A stretch of DNA of 64,000 nucleotides from Macrostomum lignano (taxonomy: Eukaryota): assembly GCA_002269645.1 (NCBI GenBank), contig NIVC01000027.1, forward strand, positions 124,001-188,000, written 5' to 3'. Position 1 is the first letter of the stretch. Every line of letters starts with the position of its first letter. The position numbers were made by a program, and so were the translations under genes. Below the pieces are notes generated by a model that was not told the origin of the DNA, ran no database searches, and was given only the letters and a program-made list of their open reading frames with translations. This document shows positions 12,401 through 24,392 of the stretch, piece by piece.

Positions 12401-13888
12401 GCCACCATCAGGGGCGTCACACCCTTGGCGGTGCCCTGCGAAATGTCAGTGGACTTGGACATGAACAGCCGGGCGGCTCTGGTGTTGACCCTGTAGCAGG
12501 CGAGGTGCAGCGGCGTCACCCTGTCGTTGAAGGTGGTAGCGTTGACCGAAGCGCCGAAGCGGACCAGGTGCTGGCACACCTGCAGGTGGTCGCCCCAGAC
12601 AGCTTTGTGCAAAGGCGTCCACCCGATGGCGTCGCAGTGGTTCACGGGGCTGTCGTGCCGGATGAGGAGCTGCGCGATGCCCAGGTGGCCGTAGCGGCTG
12701 GCGGCGTGCAGCGGCGACCAGCCGTCGACGTCGCCGTATTTGAATTTCATGCCGGAGTCAACCAGCAGCTGCACCGCCTGGATGGAGGAAGGAGTCAGAG
12801 TGTGCGGCCTGACTGCGGCTGACAGGGAGAGGCTGAGGGGGAGAGGCTGAGAAGGAGAGGCTGAGAAGGAGAGGCTGAGGGGGAGAGGCTGAGAAGGAGA
12901 GGCTGAGAAGGAGAGGCTGAGGGAGAGGCTGAGAGGGAGAGGCTGAGAAGGAGAGGCTGAGAGGGAGAGGCTGCAGGGAGAGGCTGAGAAGGAGAGGCTG
13001 AGGGGGAGAGGCTGAGGGAGAGGCTGAGAGGGAGAGGCTGAGAAGGAGAGGCTGAGAAGGAGAGGCTGAGAAGGAGAGGCTGAGGGAGAGGCTGAGAAGG
13101 AGAGGCTGAGGGAGAGGCTGAGGAGAGGCTGAGGGGGAGAGGCTGAGGGAGAGGCTGAGGGAGAGGCTGAGGGAGAGGCTGAGAGGGAGATGCTGAGGGA
13201 GAGGCTGAGAGGGAGAGGCTGAGATGGAGAGGCTGAGAGGGAGAGGCTGAGGGAGAGGCTGAGAGGGAGAGGCTGAGAAGGAGAGGCTGAGAGGGAGAGG
13301 CTGCAGGGAGAGGCTGAGAAGGAGAGGCTGAGAGGGAGAGGCTGAGGGAGAGGCTGAGAGGGAGAGGCTGAGAAGGAGAGGCTGAGAAGGAGAGGCTGAG
13401 AAGGAGAGGCTGAGAAGGAGAGGCTGAGAAGGAGAGGCTGAGAGGGAGAGGCTGAGAAGGAGAGGCTGAGGTAGAGGTAGAAGCTGATGAGGAGAGGCCG
13501 AGGAGAAACAGAGAGGCAGAAGATAAAGAGCTGATGCACAGCGGACAAGCAGCACCACTCTCCCCAGGCTCACCTCCAGATGTCCGTAGCGAGCTGCGTA
13601 CCACACAGGCGCCCGTTTCCTCTCGTCCTGACCCTCCATCCAGCAGGCGGCATGGAGGAAAATCTCGAGAATGTCTCGCCTGCCCTGCCGGGCCGCCGCG
13701 TGCACCGGCGACCACAGGTAGCGGCAGTCCGGCTCCGTCCGCTCCAGCTTGTAGGTGGCCGCCCGGCGGATGAGGTCCAGATTGTCGGCCAGGTAGCGGG
13801 TGTACTCCAGCCCGCCGCCTGGCGCGTCAATCTCCGACATCAGCTTGCTGGCCACGTCGCAGATTTTGAAGCCGTAAGTTGAGGACAT
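9429..13888 (-). CDS. Multi-ankyrin-repeat protein, 4 exons, ~434 aa if one frameshift is corrected
   Basis: Exons 13888-13574, 12777-12240, 11240-10913 and 9551-9429 with consistent GT-AG phases. Ankyrin repeats (GWSPLHAASRYGH, GWTPLHKAV, GVTPLMVAS, GRTPVHL) run across the junctions (GHLE|AVQLL, GRTP|VHLAT). There is a 1-nt deficit at 12359-12360. Minus-strand AATAAA at 8914-8919. Confidence 0.85.
9800..10757. repeat. Adjacent 28-bp (CACTCTCTCACACCCTCTCATCATCTCA) and 20-bp (CTAATCATCCCACACCCTCT) arrays, ankyrin intron 3
   Basis: Direct reading. The unit switches near 10220. Confidence 0.93.
11268..12060. repeat. 16-bp repeat AAACCCGAATCTTCAC, ankyrin intron 2
   Basis: Direct reading. Confidence 0.94.
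12825..13470. repeat. 10/14-bp GAGAGGCTGA-type repeat, ankyrin intron 1
   Basis: Direct reading. Confidence 0.94.
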
Positions 13889-13984
13889 CGACTCGCTGGG
13901 ATGGGGTTGAGTTGCGACTCAACTGATGGGTGGAGGTGGGCGTTTCTTGGTGAAGAGAAGTAAGTTGATTATGTTTGGGGCGAT

Positions 13985-14350
13985 TTTTTGAGTTAAGAGG
14001 CGATTTTTGTGGGTTTAGAGATTTTTGGGGTTTAGAGGCGATTTTTGTGGGTTTAGAGGCGATTTTTGTGGGTTTAGAGATTTTTGTGGGTTTAGAGATT
14101 TTTGGGGTTTAGAGGCGATTTTCGTGGGTTTATAGGAGATTTTTGTGGGTTTAGAGAAGATTTTAGAAGATTTTTGTGGGTTTATAGGATATTTGTGGGT
14201 TTAGAGGAGATTTTTGTTGGGTTTAGAGGCGATTTTTGTTGGGTTTAGAGGCGATTTTTGTGGGTTTAGAGGAGATTTTTGTGGTTTAGAGGCGATTTTT
14301 GTGGGTTTAGAGGAGATTTTTGGGGTTTAGAGGCGATTTTTGTGGGTTTC
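13985..14350. repeat. ~21-bp repeat GATTTTTGTGGGTTTAGAGGC between RCBTB1 and the ankyrin gene
   Basis: Direct reading. Confidence 0.9.
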
Positions 14351-14502
14351 TGAGCGATTATCTTGAGAGCAGTTGTTGTGGATTCAATGGAGATTTTCAA
14401 GGCTTCAAAACTTACCAAAATGCACTGCTCAATTTCGAGCAATATAATGCTAATATACAATGCTAATCTACAGACAGCTGGCCTCTCAGTGAGCTCAGTC
14501 TT

Positions 14503-14742
14503 TTAGAGTCGGTCTGTCTGTCCCGGCTTCTCAGAGGATTCATGCGGAGGGCTAGAAGATCCGCGTACAGAGCCATCCGTGTAGACTGAGAGCTCAGGAC
14601 GTGCAGTACTCAGGGCAGCTAGTTCCTCTGTACACTGGTGCAGCAAGCCCCAGCCCGTGGCCAACAACCGCACGCGAAACTCTTCCTCGAAAACCCCACA
14701 GCCCTTCTCCCAGCTCAGCCAACTGTACTCAAGTATTTGCAT
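14503..14742 (-). mobile_element. Retroelement fragment with an RNase H-like motif
   Basis: Short GC-rich ORF containing ELSVYTDGSV, which resembles the first catalytic Asp motif of retroelement RNase H. No other domain is visible. Confidence 0.35.
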
Positions 14743-15073
14743 GCTGCCAAGGTCGATAAATTCACTTGGAAAGGCGGGAATGCAGTAGTTTTAGTTTATT
14801 TAGTTATAGCCATTAATCTGCTGCATATATTTTGCACATTAACAATAAGCTCATTGCACATTATAAATATCCAATAATAAACAAAATAGAATAAATTAAT
14901 ATTACCAAAGAATATTATTAATTTCGCATTAAAAATGTCAATGAATTTCCAGCTGCATTTGATGTGAAGGGAAGTTTATATAATTAACACAGACTCCATA
15001 TGACTTGGTCCAATTTGAGTTAAAATAATATTCATAAAACGCCATAAAACGCGCTATCTACTACTGGTTGTGA

Positions 15074-18000
15074 TCAATACTTGAACGCCCCCGCTTTGGC
15101 CGCCAGCCGCATGAACTGCTTCAAAGTAAATTCGTCCAGCTGACTGAAAGACTCGGCAGAGACCACCGCGCTCAGGTTGTAGACTGCGAAGTTGAAGCAG
15201 AACTGCTCCAGAGTCTGCAACAGGCAGGCAGCGCCGAAAAGCATTGGGGATTGCTGCAAACTTAGCAGAGAATCAGAGAGATGGGTCAGCATGGGGATTA
15301 CACAGGTGGGTCAGCAGGGGAATACACAGGTGGGTCAGCATGGGGATCACACAGATGGGTCAGCATGGGGATTGCACAGGTGGGTCAGCATGGGGATTAC
15401 ACAGGTGGGTCAGCATGGGGATTGCACAGGTGGGTCAGCATGGGGATCACACAGGTGGGTCAGAATGGGGATTACACAGGTGGGTCAGCATAGGGATTAC
15501 ACACAGATGAGTCAGCATGGGGATCACACAGATGGGTCAGCATGGGGATGACACAGATGGGTCAGCATGGGGATGACACAGGTGGGTCAGCATGGGGATT
15601 ACACAGGTGGGTCAGCATGGGGATCACACAGATGGGTCAGCATGGGGATTGCACAGGTGGGTCAGCATGGGGATTACACAGGTGGGTCAGCATGGGGATT
15701 GCACAGGTGGGTCAGCATGGGGATCACACAGGTGGGTCAGAATGGGGATTACACAGGTGGGTCAGCATAGGGATTACACACAGATGAGTCAGCATGGGGA
15801 TCACACAGATGGGTCAGCATGGGGATGACACAGATGGGTCAGCATGGGGATGACACAGGTGGGTCAGCATGGGGATGACACAGGTGGGTCAGCATGGGGA
15901 TGACACAGGTGGGTCAGCATGGGGATCACACAGATGGGTCAGCATGGGGATCACACAGATGGGTCAGCATGGGGATCAGTATCACACAAATGGGTCAGCA
16001 TGGGGATCAGAGATGGGTCAGCATTGATCACACACAGATGAGTCATCACAGGAACTCACAGGAGCGGAGAACCGGATCGCGGCAGCGTACAACTCCAGGG
16101 CATTGTCAACGTTGACCCGCTGCTCAATCAGCTCCTCGCACAGCGACTTCAGCCGGGTCTCGCAATAGCAGTTTGCCAGATCAAGAAGTCCAACTGACGA
16201 AGCGTCGTGATCGTCCTCAGGCGACAGACAGACGGTGTCGCTGTACAGGTACTCAAGGAAAGCCCGGTAGACGCTATAGGAGTAGTCGCGAACTTCGATA
16301 ACCTCCTGTCGGTGCTCGGACCAGCTGTCGCTAAGCATGCTTCGGAAATGTCTACACCGAATCCTGAGCAACGATCTGTGAGCTCGAATGTCGCGACCGT
16401 CGACTCGAAAAGTGACGTCGCTAGTTGAAGGATCGTCGAATGCCTGGCGAATGCTGTCGGCCACGGTGGCCGGGGCTGATGACTCATCAGCTGTGTCCGA
16501 GGCAGGCTCTGTTTGGGGGGGACAGGAAACAAAGTCATATAGTGGAACTGCATTGCGGTTGCTATGGAAACTTGATTTTATTGTAGGGCAGGTAGCGGTT
16601 GCTATGGAAACTCGATTTTACTGTAGGGCTGCTAGCGGTTGCTATGGAGTCGATTTTACTGTAGGGCTTCTAGAGGTTGCTATGGAAACTCGTCACCACC
16701 TGAAGGGTACATACTAACCGCAACCAACTCTGCTTAACTCACTGCAACCGCCAGACAGCAGCAGCCTCCGACAGGTCACGGCTGGACTTGACAGACAGGC
16801 GAAAGCGTCGTTCAACTCAGCGAATCGAGTCTGCACGGGAACGGACAAGGACTGGCCCCGGCTGTGGCCCCAGGCGAACACCACGGGCGTGTTGGGCGAC
16901 CCGCAGCCAGAACCATTTGGCGAAGCGACAAGAGCAGTGGACAGATTGCTATAGTGCGCCGCCCCGATGTCCAGCACTCGATAGGCAGCGACATCGTCGC
17001 CCCGACCTTGAACCTGGGCAATTATGGAAATACCGAAATGCGTTATATGCTACTACGAGTAAAATAAGGGAATGACAAGGCTCCCAGGGGAGTTCCTGAG
17101 ATGTCGTGGCACAAAGAGGGAAAACTCTATTTCTTCATTTAGTACTTTCCCCCATGGGGGGCTGAGATGGCTAGTCCACTACACTATATTATACGGAAAA
17201 TTAACTCCTAAATCAGTAGCCCAATGAAAACGGTACCGAGGCCAAGAAGCGTCCCGGAGTCACTTGCGTCGCCCCAAAGTCGTTTATTTCAGACGCGTTG
17301 CAGATCGCGTCTTTTAATCGGGCAATGAACACTCAGTTTTAGCCTATTTAACTCTAATTGCACTCTAAATAGCCTACTGAGTTGTAGGAAGTTAACCGGG
17401 CCAGCACAACGATTCTTGGACGACTTTTTGCGACTAATTTACGATTCTACAACTCACGTGACGCGATTGTGATGCAACAGTCGCCTCTGCATCGCATTTG
17501 ACGCGTTTGAGTTGTTAAAAAGTCACAAGAGTCGCCTCAGATGCACAAGAGTCACTAGAGAGTTGTTTGCAAATGACTCTACCATGTCTCTAGGCTTACC
17601 CCAACGCCAGAAGGAATATTGACTGCCGTTGGTGCCGACGAGTTCGACTTGCCCCCAGTGCCCAGCTGGCCGTGCGAGTTCGCGCCCCAGGCGAACAGGC
17701 GGCCGCTGGTGGACACGGCCAGCACGTGACCGGCGCCACAGGCCAGACGGGCCACGCCTCCGCCAGCGCCGCTGACGCCTCCGACGCCTCCCCTGGGCCA
17801 GTTGTCGAGTCGGATCGGCAACGGCTGATTTGCGCAACCGCCTGTGCCCAACTGGCCGCTGCCGTTGAAGCCCCAGGCGTGCACCTTGGTGGATCGAAAG
17901 TGATAAGGTAGTATATGTTGATTTGGGCGCCACATTAAAGAATCTAGAGATAAGAGACTATGGCGGCACACCAAAGAATCCAGATATAAGAGACTACGGC

Positions 18001-19960
18001 AGCACATCAAAGAAACCCGAGATAAGAGACTACGGCGGCACATCTAAGAAACCAGAGGTAAGAGATAAGGAGCGGCACATCAAAGAAACCAGAGATAAGA
18101 CATAAGGAGCGGCACATCAAAGAAACCAGAGATAAGACATAAGGAGCGGCACATCAAAGAAACCAGATATAAGAGACTACGGTGGCACATCAAAGAAACC
18201 ATATAGGTAAGAGATAATGGGAGGCACACCAAAGAAACCAGAGATAAGAGGCTGCGGCTGAACATCAAAGAAACCAAAGATATGGCGGCACATCAAAGAA
18301 ACCAGATATAAGAGACTACGGCGGCACATCAAAGAAACCAGAGATAAGAGACTGCGGCGGCACATCAAAGAAACCCAGAGAAACCCAAAGAAACATTGCT
18401 CACCTCTCCGACTTCGTCCACTGCAAAAGAGGAAGTCTGACAGCAGGCCACGATTCGCACCGGCCTGCCGCTGGCCAGCGAGCCGCCAGCCCGCCTAGGC
18501 GTGGCCTGAGTAGCCGCGGCCGCGCCGCAGCCCACCTGGCCGTAGTTATTCTGGCCCCAGGCGAACACTTCGCCCTGTACGCAGCAACTGTTGCCGTTGC
18601 CACCGCTGGAGCACGAGGCCACCAAAGCCAGTGAGTGATTGCCACCGCAGGCAATCGACAGCACCCGAACACCGTCATCTAGGCCGGCGCAAGGCGCGGG
18701 CGTCAGCAACTGGACGGTGCCACCGTTGCCAAGCTGTCCATAGCCATTGTGACCCCAGCAGTAGAGTCTGCCATCTGCGGTCAGCGCCAGGCAGTGAGGC
18801 CCGGAGCCACAGGCTAAGTCGACTAACACGATGCCGCGAAGGGCTTCGATCTGAATGTAGAGGTAGAGGTTTGCGGAAGGTTACCCGACTGTTAACTGCA
18901 TGGATAAGTCAGAACCAATCAGAACCCATGCTGATTTTCTCTGACCAATCAGAACCTATGCTGATTTTCTCTGACCAATCAGAACCCATGCTGATTTTCT
19001 CTGACCAATCAGAACCCATGCTGATTTTCTCTGACCAATCAGAACCCATGCTGATTTTCTCTGACCAATCAGAACCCATGCTGATTTTCTCTGACCAATT
19101 AGAACCCATGCTGATTTTCTGACCAATCAGAACCCATGCTGACTTTTCCGGACCAATCAGAACCCATGCTGATTTTCTGACCAATCAGAATCCATGCTGA
19201 TTTTCTGACCAATCAGAACCCATGCTGAATTTTCCGGACCAATCAGAACCCATGCTGATTTTCTGACCAATCAGAACCCATGCTGATTTTCTCTGACCAA
19301 TCAGAACCCATGCTGATTTTCTGACCAATCAGAACCCATGCTGATTTTCTGACCAATCAGAACCCATGCTGATTTTCTCTGACCAATCAGAACCCATGCT
19401 GATTTTCTCTGACCAATCAGAACCCATGCTGATTTTCTCTGACCAATCAGAACCCATGCTGATTTTCTCTGACCAATCAGAACCTATGCTGATTTTCTGA
19501 CCAATCAGAACCCATGCTGACTTTTCCGGACCAATCAGAACCCATGCTGATTTTCTGACCAATCAGAACCCATGCTGATTTTCTCTGACCAATCAGAACC
19601 CATGCTGAGATCCGCGTTGACTAATAAAAACGCATGCTGTCTTTTCCCAACCAATCAAATCTTCATAACAAGTCCTGACTAATAGCAGCTGCACCCAATG
19701 AGAACAGTACATACCTCAGTCGGATTCAGACAACTCTGAGCATCTCCCAATCCAAGGCATCCGCTAGAATTGGTGCCAACGCTTAGCACTCGACAATCTG
19801 AGCCCTGCTCTCTGTTAGCAACTAAGATTGCTTCGCTGCCGTTGTTTCCAAACACAACTGCCCAGGAAATCTGATCCCACAGCTCCGGTTCAATCAGGCT
19901 GAACACGCCCCACCTGTCAAGCTGGTGCCTGCGACTTGTGGCAACAATGTGGCTGGCCAT
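15074..19960 (-). CDS. RCBTB1: RCC1 and BTB domain-containing protein (RCBTB1/2 family), 6 exons, ~612 aa
   Basis: Exons 19960-19715, 18850-18404, 17884-17600, 17013-16743, 16508-16060 and 15214-15074, phases consistent. RCC1 repeats (CWGHNGYGQLG, FAWGQNNYGQVG, AWGANSHGQLG), BTB domain (SDVTFRVDGRDIRAHRSLL..RCRHFRSM, YRAFLEYLYSD) and C-terminus AKAGAFKY. Minus-strand AATAAA at 14795-14800. RCBTB1 and RCBTB2 cannot be distinguished. Confidence 0.93.
15278..16035. repeat. 25-bp minisatellite GGGTCAGCATGGGGATTACACAGGT, RCBTB1 intron 5
   Basis: Direct reading. Confidence 0.95.
16553..16690. repeat. ~39-bp degenerate repeat (GGTTGCTATGGAAACTCGATTTTACTGTAGGG..), RCBTB1 intron 4
   Basis: 3-4 imperfect units. 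Confidence 0.75.
17945..18375. repeat. 36-bp repeat GGCGGCACATCAAAGAAACCAGAGATAAGAGACTAC, RCBTB1 intron 2
   Basis: Direct reading. Confidence 0.9.
18910..19608. repeat. 28/30-bp repeat CTGACCAATCAGAACCCATGCTGATTTTCT, RCBTB1 intron 1
   Basis: Direct reading. Every unit contains CCAAT. Confidence 0.95.
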
Positions 19961-20214
19961 GAATTATTAATTAGTTTATTAACTAAATTCAACTTTGTGG
20001 ATTGCTATTAGCGAACATTGAAGCCTGAGTACCCGGGTTTGATTCTGTGCACGATTCACACCTATGTGAGCCAAATGCCTTGGCACAGTGTACATGCCTG
20101 GCGATTGGAGTCAGGACCGCTGTACACCCTGTCTGAGCGCGATAACTATACAGCATGACTGCTTGCCTACTCATTCTACCTATCTATTATGCTACATTAA
20201 GATCTATCCATCCG

Positions 20215-20243
20215 CCAATATCTATCTACCTATCTATCTATCC

Positions 20244-20306
<63 letters not shown>

Positions 20307-20311
20307 CATCC

Positions 20312-20370
<59 letters not shown>

Positions 20371-20474
20371 CATCCATCTATCTATCTACCTATCTATCTA
20401 TCTATCTACCTATCTATCTATCTATCTACCTATCTATCTATCTATCTACCTACATATCTATCTATCTATCTATA

Positions 20475-20512
<38 letters not shown>

Positions 20513-20684
20513 CCTACCTACCTATCTATCTATCTACCTATCTATCTATCTATCTATCTACCTTATCTATCTATCTATCTACCTTATCTATCTATCTACC
20601 TATCTATCTATCTATCTACCTATCTATCTATCTATCTACCTATCTATCTATCTATCTACCTACATATCTATCTATCTATCTATA

Positions 20685-20722
<38 letters not shown>

Positions 20723-21060
20723 CCTACCTACCTATCTATCTATCTACCTATCTATCTATCTATCTACCTTATCTATCTATCTACCTTATCTATCTATCTA
20801 TCTATCTATCCATCTATCTTTGACTCTTTTAATTAGCTTTTTTGCATTTTTGTTGTTATAAAATAAATAATTAAACCCTAAAGAAAGCCTAGTCTAGGCC
20901 GTAATATCGGTTCCAATAAACCTAGTCGAACTGTGTGCGTGAATTTTTCCTTTGTTTTTATATCTATATCTATCTATCTACCTATGTATCTACCTATGTA
21001 TCTACCTATCTATCTTCTATGTATCTATCTATCTATGCATCTATCTACTTATTCACCTAT
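20215..21060. repeat. (TCTA)n microsatellite (main block 20215-20820)
   Basis: Direct reading. Confidence 0.96.
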
Positions 21061-21629
21061 TTACCTAGCAACAATTTGATATTTAAAGACCAAAATTTGA
21101 TCTGCTTCCAGTACCAGTATTTGCTGAGATCCAAAGGCTGTCAAACCAGCAAAATCAAAACTCGACCTATCTCTGCTACGAGTATTTATTAGGACGATGT
21201 TCTTTTAGACGGATTCCCTCAAGTATCAATGGCAAATCCCTTCAGGCAATACTTTGGGCAATTCCGAAAATATGAATTCTAGCTAGATAAATATGTGAAT
21301 AGATAGATAGATATGTACTATGTAAAACTAAGATATGTCCTGAGCGCTGTAACTGTACACATCGGAGTTGCCTTAAATGTTGGCCTTCATGGTCAATAAA
21401 TGACAAATTAGCCATTTAGAATACGTAACGAAAAATGAATACATTAACTTTTATTGTGTTTATTTATCTTTTATGTCAGTGTTTTTGTACTAGGTTGCTA
21501 ATTAAAAGAAAACGAATAGTTTAGCAAATGATTTAGACGCAAAGACAGTTAAACACTTTAGTTAGGTGATAAAAAGAAAGAAAATAGACAGCGGGGGTCG
21601 AAGGAAAGAAAGAGAGGAGAGACATGTGC

Positions 21630-23195
21630 GAGATAGAGAGGGGAGATGAAGAGGGAGATAGAGATGGGGAGATGGAGAGGGAGATAGAGATGGGGAGATG
21701 GAGAGGGAGATAGAGATGGGGAGATGGAAAGGGAGATAGAGATGGGGAGATGGAGAGGGAGATAGAGATGGGGAGATGGGGAGGGAGATAGAGATGGGGA
21801 GATGGGGAGGGAGATAGAGATGGGTAGGAGAGGGAGATAGAGATGGGGAGATGGAGAGGGAGATAGAGATGGGTAGGAGAGGGAGATAGAGATGGGGAGA
21901 TGGAGAGGGAGATAGAGATGGGGAGATGTAGAGGTAGATATAGATGGGGAGATGTAGAGGTAGATAGAGATGGGGAGATGGAGAGGGAGATAGAGATGGG
22001 GAGATGAAGAGGGAGATAGAGATGGGGAGATGTAGAGGTAGATAGAGATGGGGAGATGGAGAGGGAGATAGAGATGGGGAGATGAGAGGGAGATAGAGAT
22101 GGGGAGATGGAGAGGGAGATAAGATGGGGAGATGGAGAGGGAGATAGAGATGGGGAGATGGAAAGGGAGATAGAGAGGGAGATAGAGATGGGGAGATGGA
22201 GAGGGAGATAGAGATGGGTAGGAGAGGGAGATAGAGATGGGTAGGAGAGGGAGATAGAGATGGGGAGATGGAAAGGGAGATAGAGATGGGTAGGAGAGGG
22301 AGATAGAGATGGGGAGATGGAAAGGGAGATAGAGATGGGTAGGAGAGGGAGATAGAGATGGGGAGATGGAAAGGGAGATAGAGATGGGTAGGAGAGGGAG
22401 ATAGAGATGGGTAGGAGAGGGAGATAGAGATGGGTAGGAGAGGGAGATAGAGATGGGGAGATGGAAAGGGAGATAGAGAGGGGAGATAGAGATGGGGAGA
22501 TGGAGAGGGAGATAGAGATGGGTAGGAGAGGGAGATAGAGATGGGTAGGAGAGGGAGATAGAGATGGGGAGATGGAGAGGGAGATAGAGATGGGTAGGAG
22601 AGGGAGATAGAGATGGGGAGATGGAAAGGGAGATAGAGATGGGTAGGAGAGGGAGATAGAGATGGGGAGATGGAAAGGGAGATAGAGATTGGTAGGAGAG
22701 GGAGATAGAGATGGGTAGGAGAGGGAGATAGAGATGGGTAGGAGAGGGAGATAGAGATGGGGAGATGGAAAGGGAGATAGAGATGGGTAGGAGAGGGAGA
22801 TAGAGATGGGGAGATGGAAAGGGAGATAGAGATGGGTAGGAGAGGGAGATAGAGATGGGGAGATGGAAAGGGAGATAGAGATGGGTAGGAGAGGGAGATA
22901 GAGATGGGGAGATGGAAAGGGAGATAGAGATGGGTAGGAGAGGGAGATAGAGATGGGTAGGAGAGGGAGATAGAGATGGGTAGGAGAGGGAGATAGAGAT
23001 GGGGAGATGGAAAGGGAGATAGAGATGGGTAGGAGAGGGAGATAGAGATGGGGAGATGGAAAGGGAGATAGAGATGGGTAGGAGAGGGAGATAGAGATGG
23101 GGAGATGGAAAGGGAGATAGAGATGGGTAGGAGAGGGAGATAGAGATGGGGAGATGGAAAGGGAGATAGAGATGGGTAGGAGAGGGAGATAGATG
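21630..23195. repeat. Purine-rich 23/26-bp repeat (GAGATGGGTAGGAGAGGGAGATA / GAGATGGGGAGATGGAGAGGGAGATA)
   Basis: Direct reading. The + strand has essentially no C. Confidence 0.96.
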
Positions 23196-23800
23196 AAGAG
23201 GCGTGATACAGAGGGAGTCAAAGTATAGGACTATAAAACAGAAAACAATAACGCACTTACTTACTATTTTCAGTCTGTATAATTATATATTCAGCTAATA
23301 AAGTTACAACATTCAATGATTTATTAAGCGCAAAAAACAAACCAACTCCTTGAATAGCGGAGGCCAGGCAGAAAAACACTCATACAAAAATTGCTTTGAA
23401 CATAATTATAGAAAAACAACTTGTCTATTAATAATCTTAAGCAACTATACGCTTGCTTACTAATAGCAATATAAATACTTACAAAATTTATAATAGGCAA
23501 AAACGTTAACAAACAGAACGCATTTTTATCATCTTGTAGCCTTGTACAAAATTTTATATTATCGATTTTAATTAAATACGTTAATTCCGCAGTACTTTAA
23601 AACGTGTTCGCATCGAATAACAAAGCTTCAAGATGCAAGGGAAAGTATTAAATTATTAAATACTAAACTCTATAATCTAAATTTAAACCCTAAACACATT
23701 TTCACTATCGAGCTTAGCCAAGGTCTCAAATTTTTATGCAACTTAATTTATGAATATAAAGTGTGTATTACTGTGAGGTGTTGTGTTAATTTGCTTGGGC

Positions 23801-24189
23801 GGCCCAGCAACTGAGGATCTGGGAGGCTGGCCTAGCAGCTGAGGATCTGGGAGGTTGGCCCAGCAACTGAGGATCTGGGAGGCTGGCCCAGCAGCTGAGG
23901 ATCTGGGAGGCTGGCCCAGCAACTGAGGATCTGGGAGGCTGGCCTAGCAGCTGAGGATCTGGGAGGTTGGCCCAGCAACTGAGGATCTGGGAGGCTGGCC
24001 CAGCAGCTGAGGATCTGGGAGGCTGGCCCAGCAACTGAGGATCTGGGAGGCTGGCCCAGCAACTGACACTCTGGGAGGCTGGCCCAGAAGCTGACACTCT
24101 GGGAGGCTGGCCCAGCAGCTGAGGATCTGGGAGGCTGGCCCAGCAGCTGAGGATCTGGGAGGCTGGCCCAGCAACTGAGGATCTGGGAG
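23801..24189 (-). repeat. 28-bp minisatellite, reverse complement of the 2301-3334 array, ~14 units
   Basis: GGCCCAGCAACTGAGGATCTGGGAGGCT, including the same rare GACACTCT variant. Confidence 0.95.
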
Positions 24190-24392
24190 CATTCTCAACA
24201 CATATCTATGTTAATCACAGAGCCAAAGGCTAAGCACACAGATAGACAATAAGCATAATTTCAACTCCATCGCATAAGTAGTTTTTAGCAAATAAAGAAT
24301 AAAGAATACAAACCATCATTGCCAGATTAATTTTGAAAAGTCAAGTCTCCTACGCACGGAGACACAGCACGCAGAGTATGCACTATAATAAA

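Noticed and set aside
17463-17506. Hairpin TGTGATGCA..TGCATCGCA in RCBTB1 intron 3 as a miRNA or snoRNA
   Set aside because: The stem is only 9 bp, it folds better on the non-transcribed strand, and it has no box motifs.
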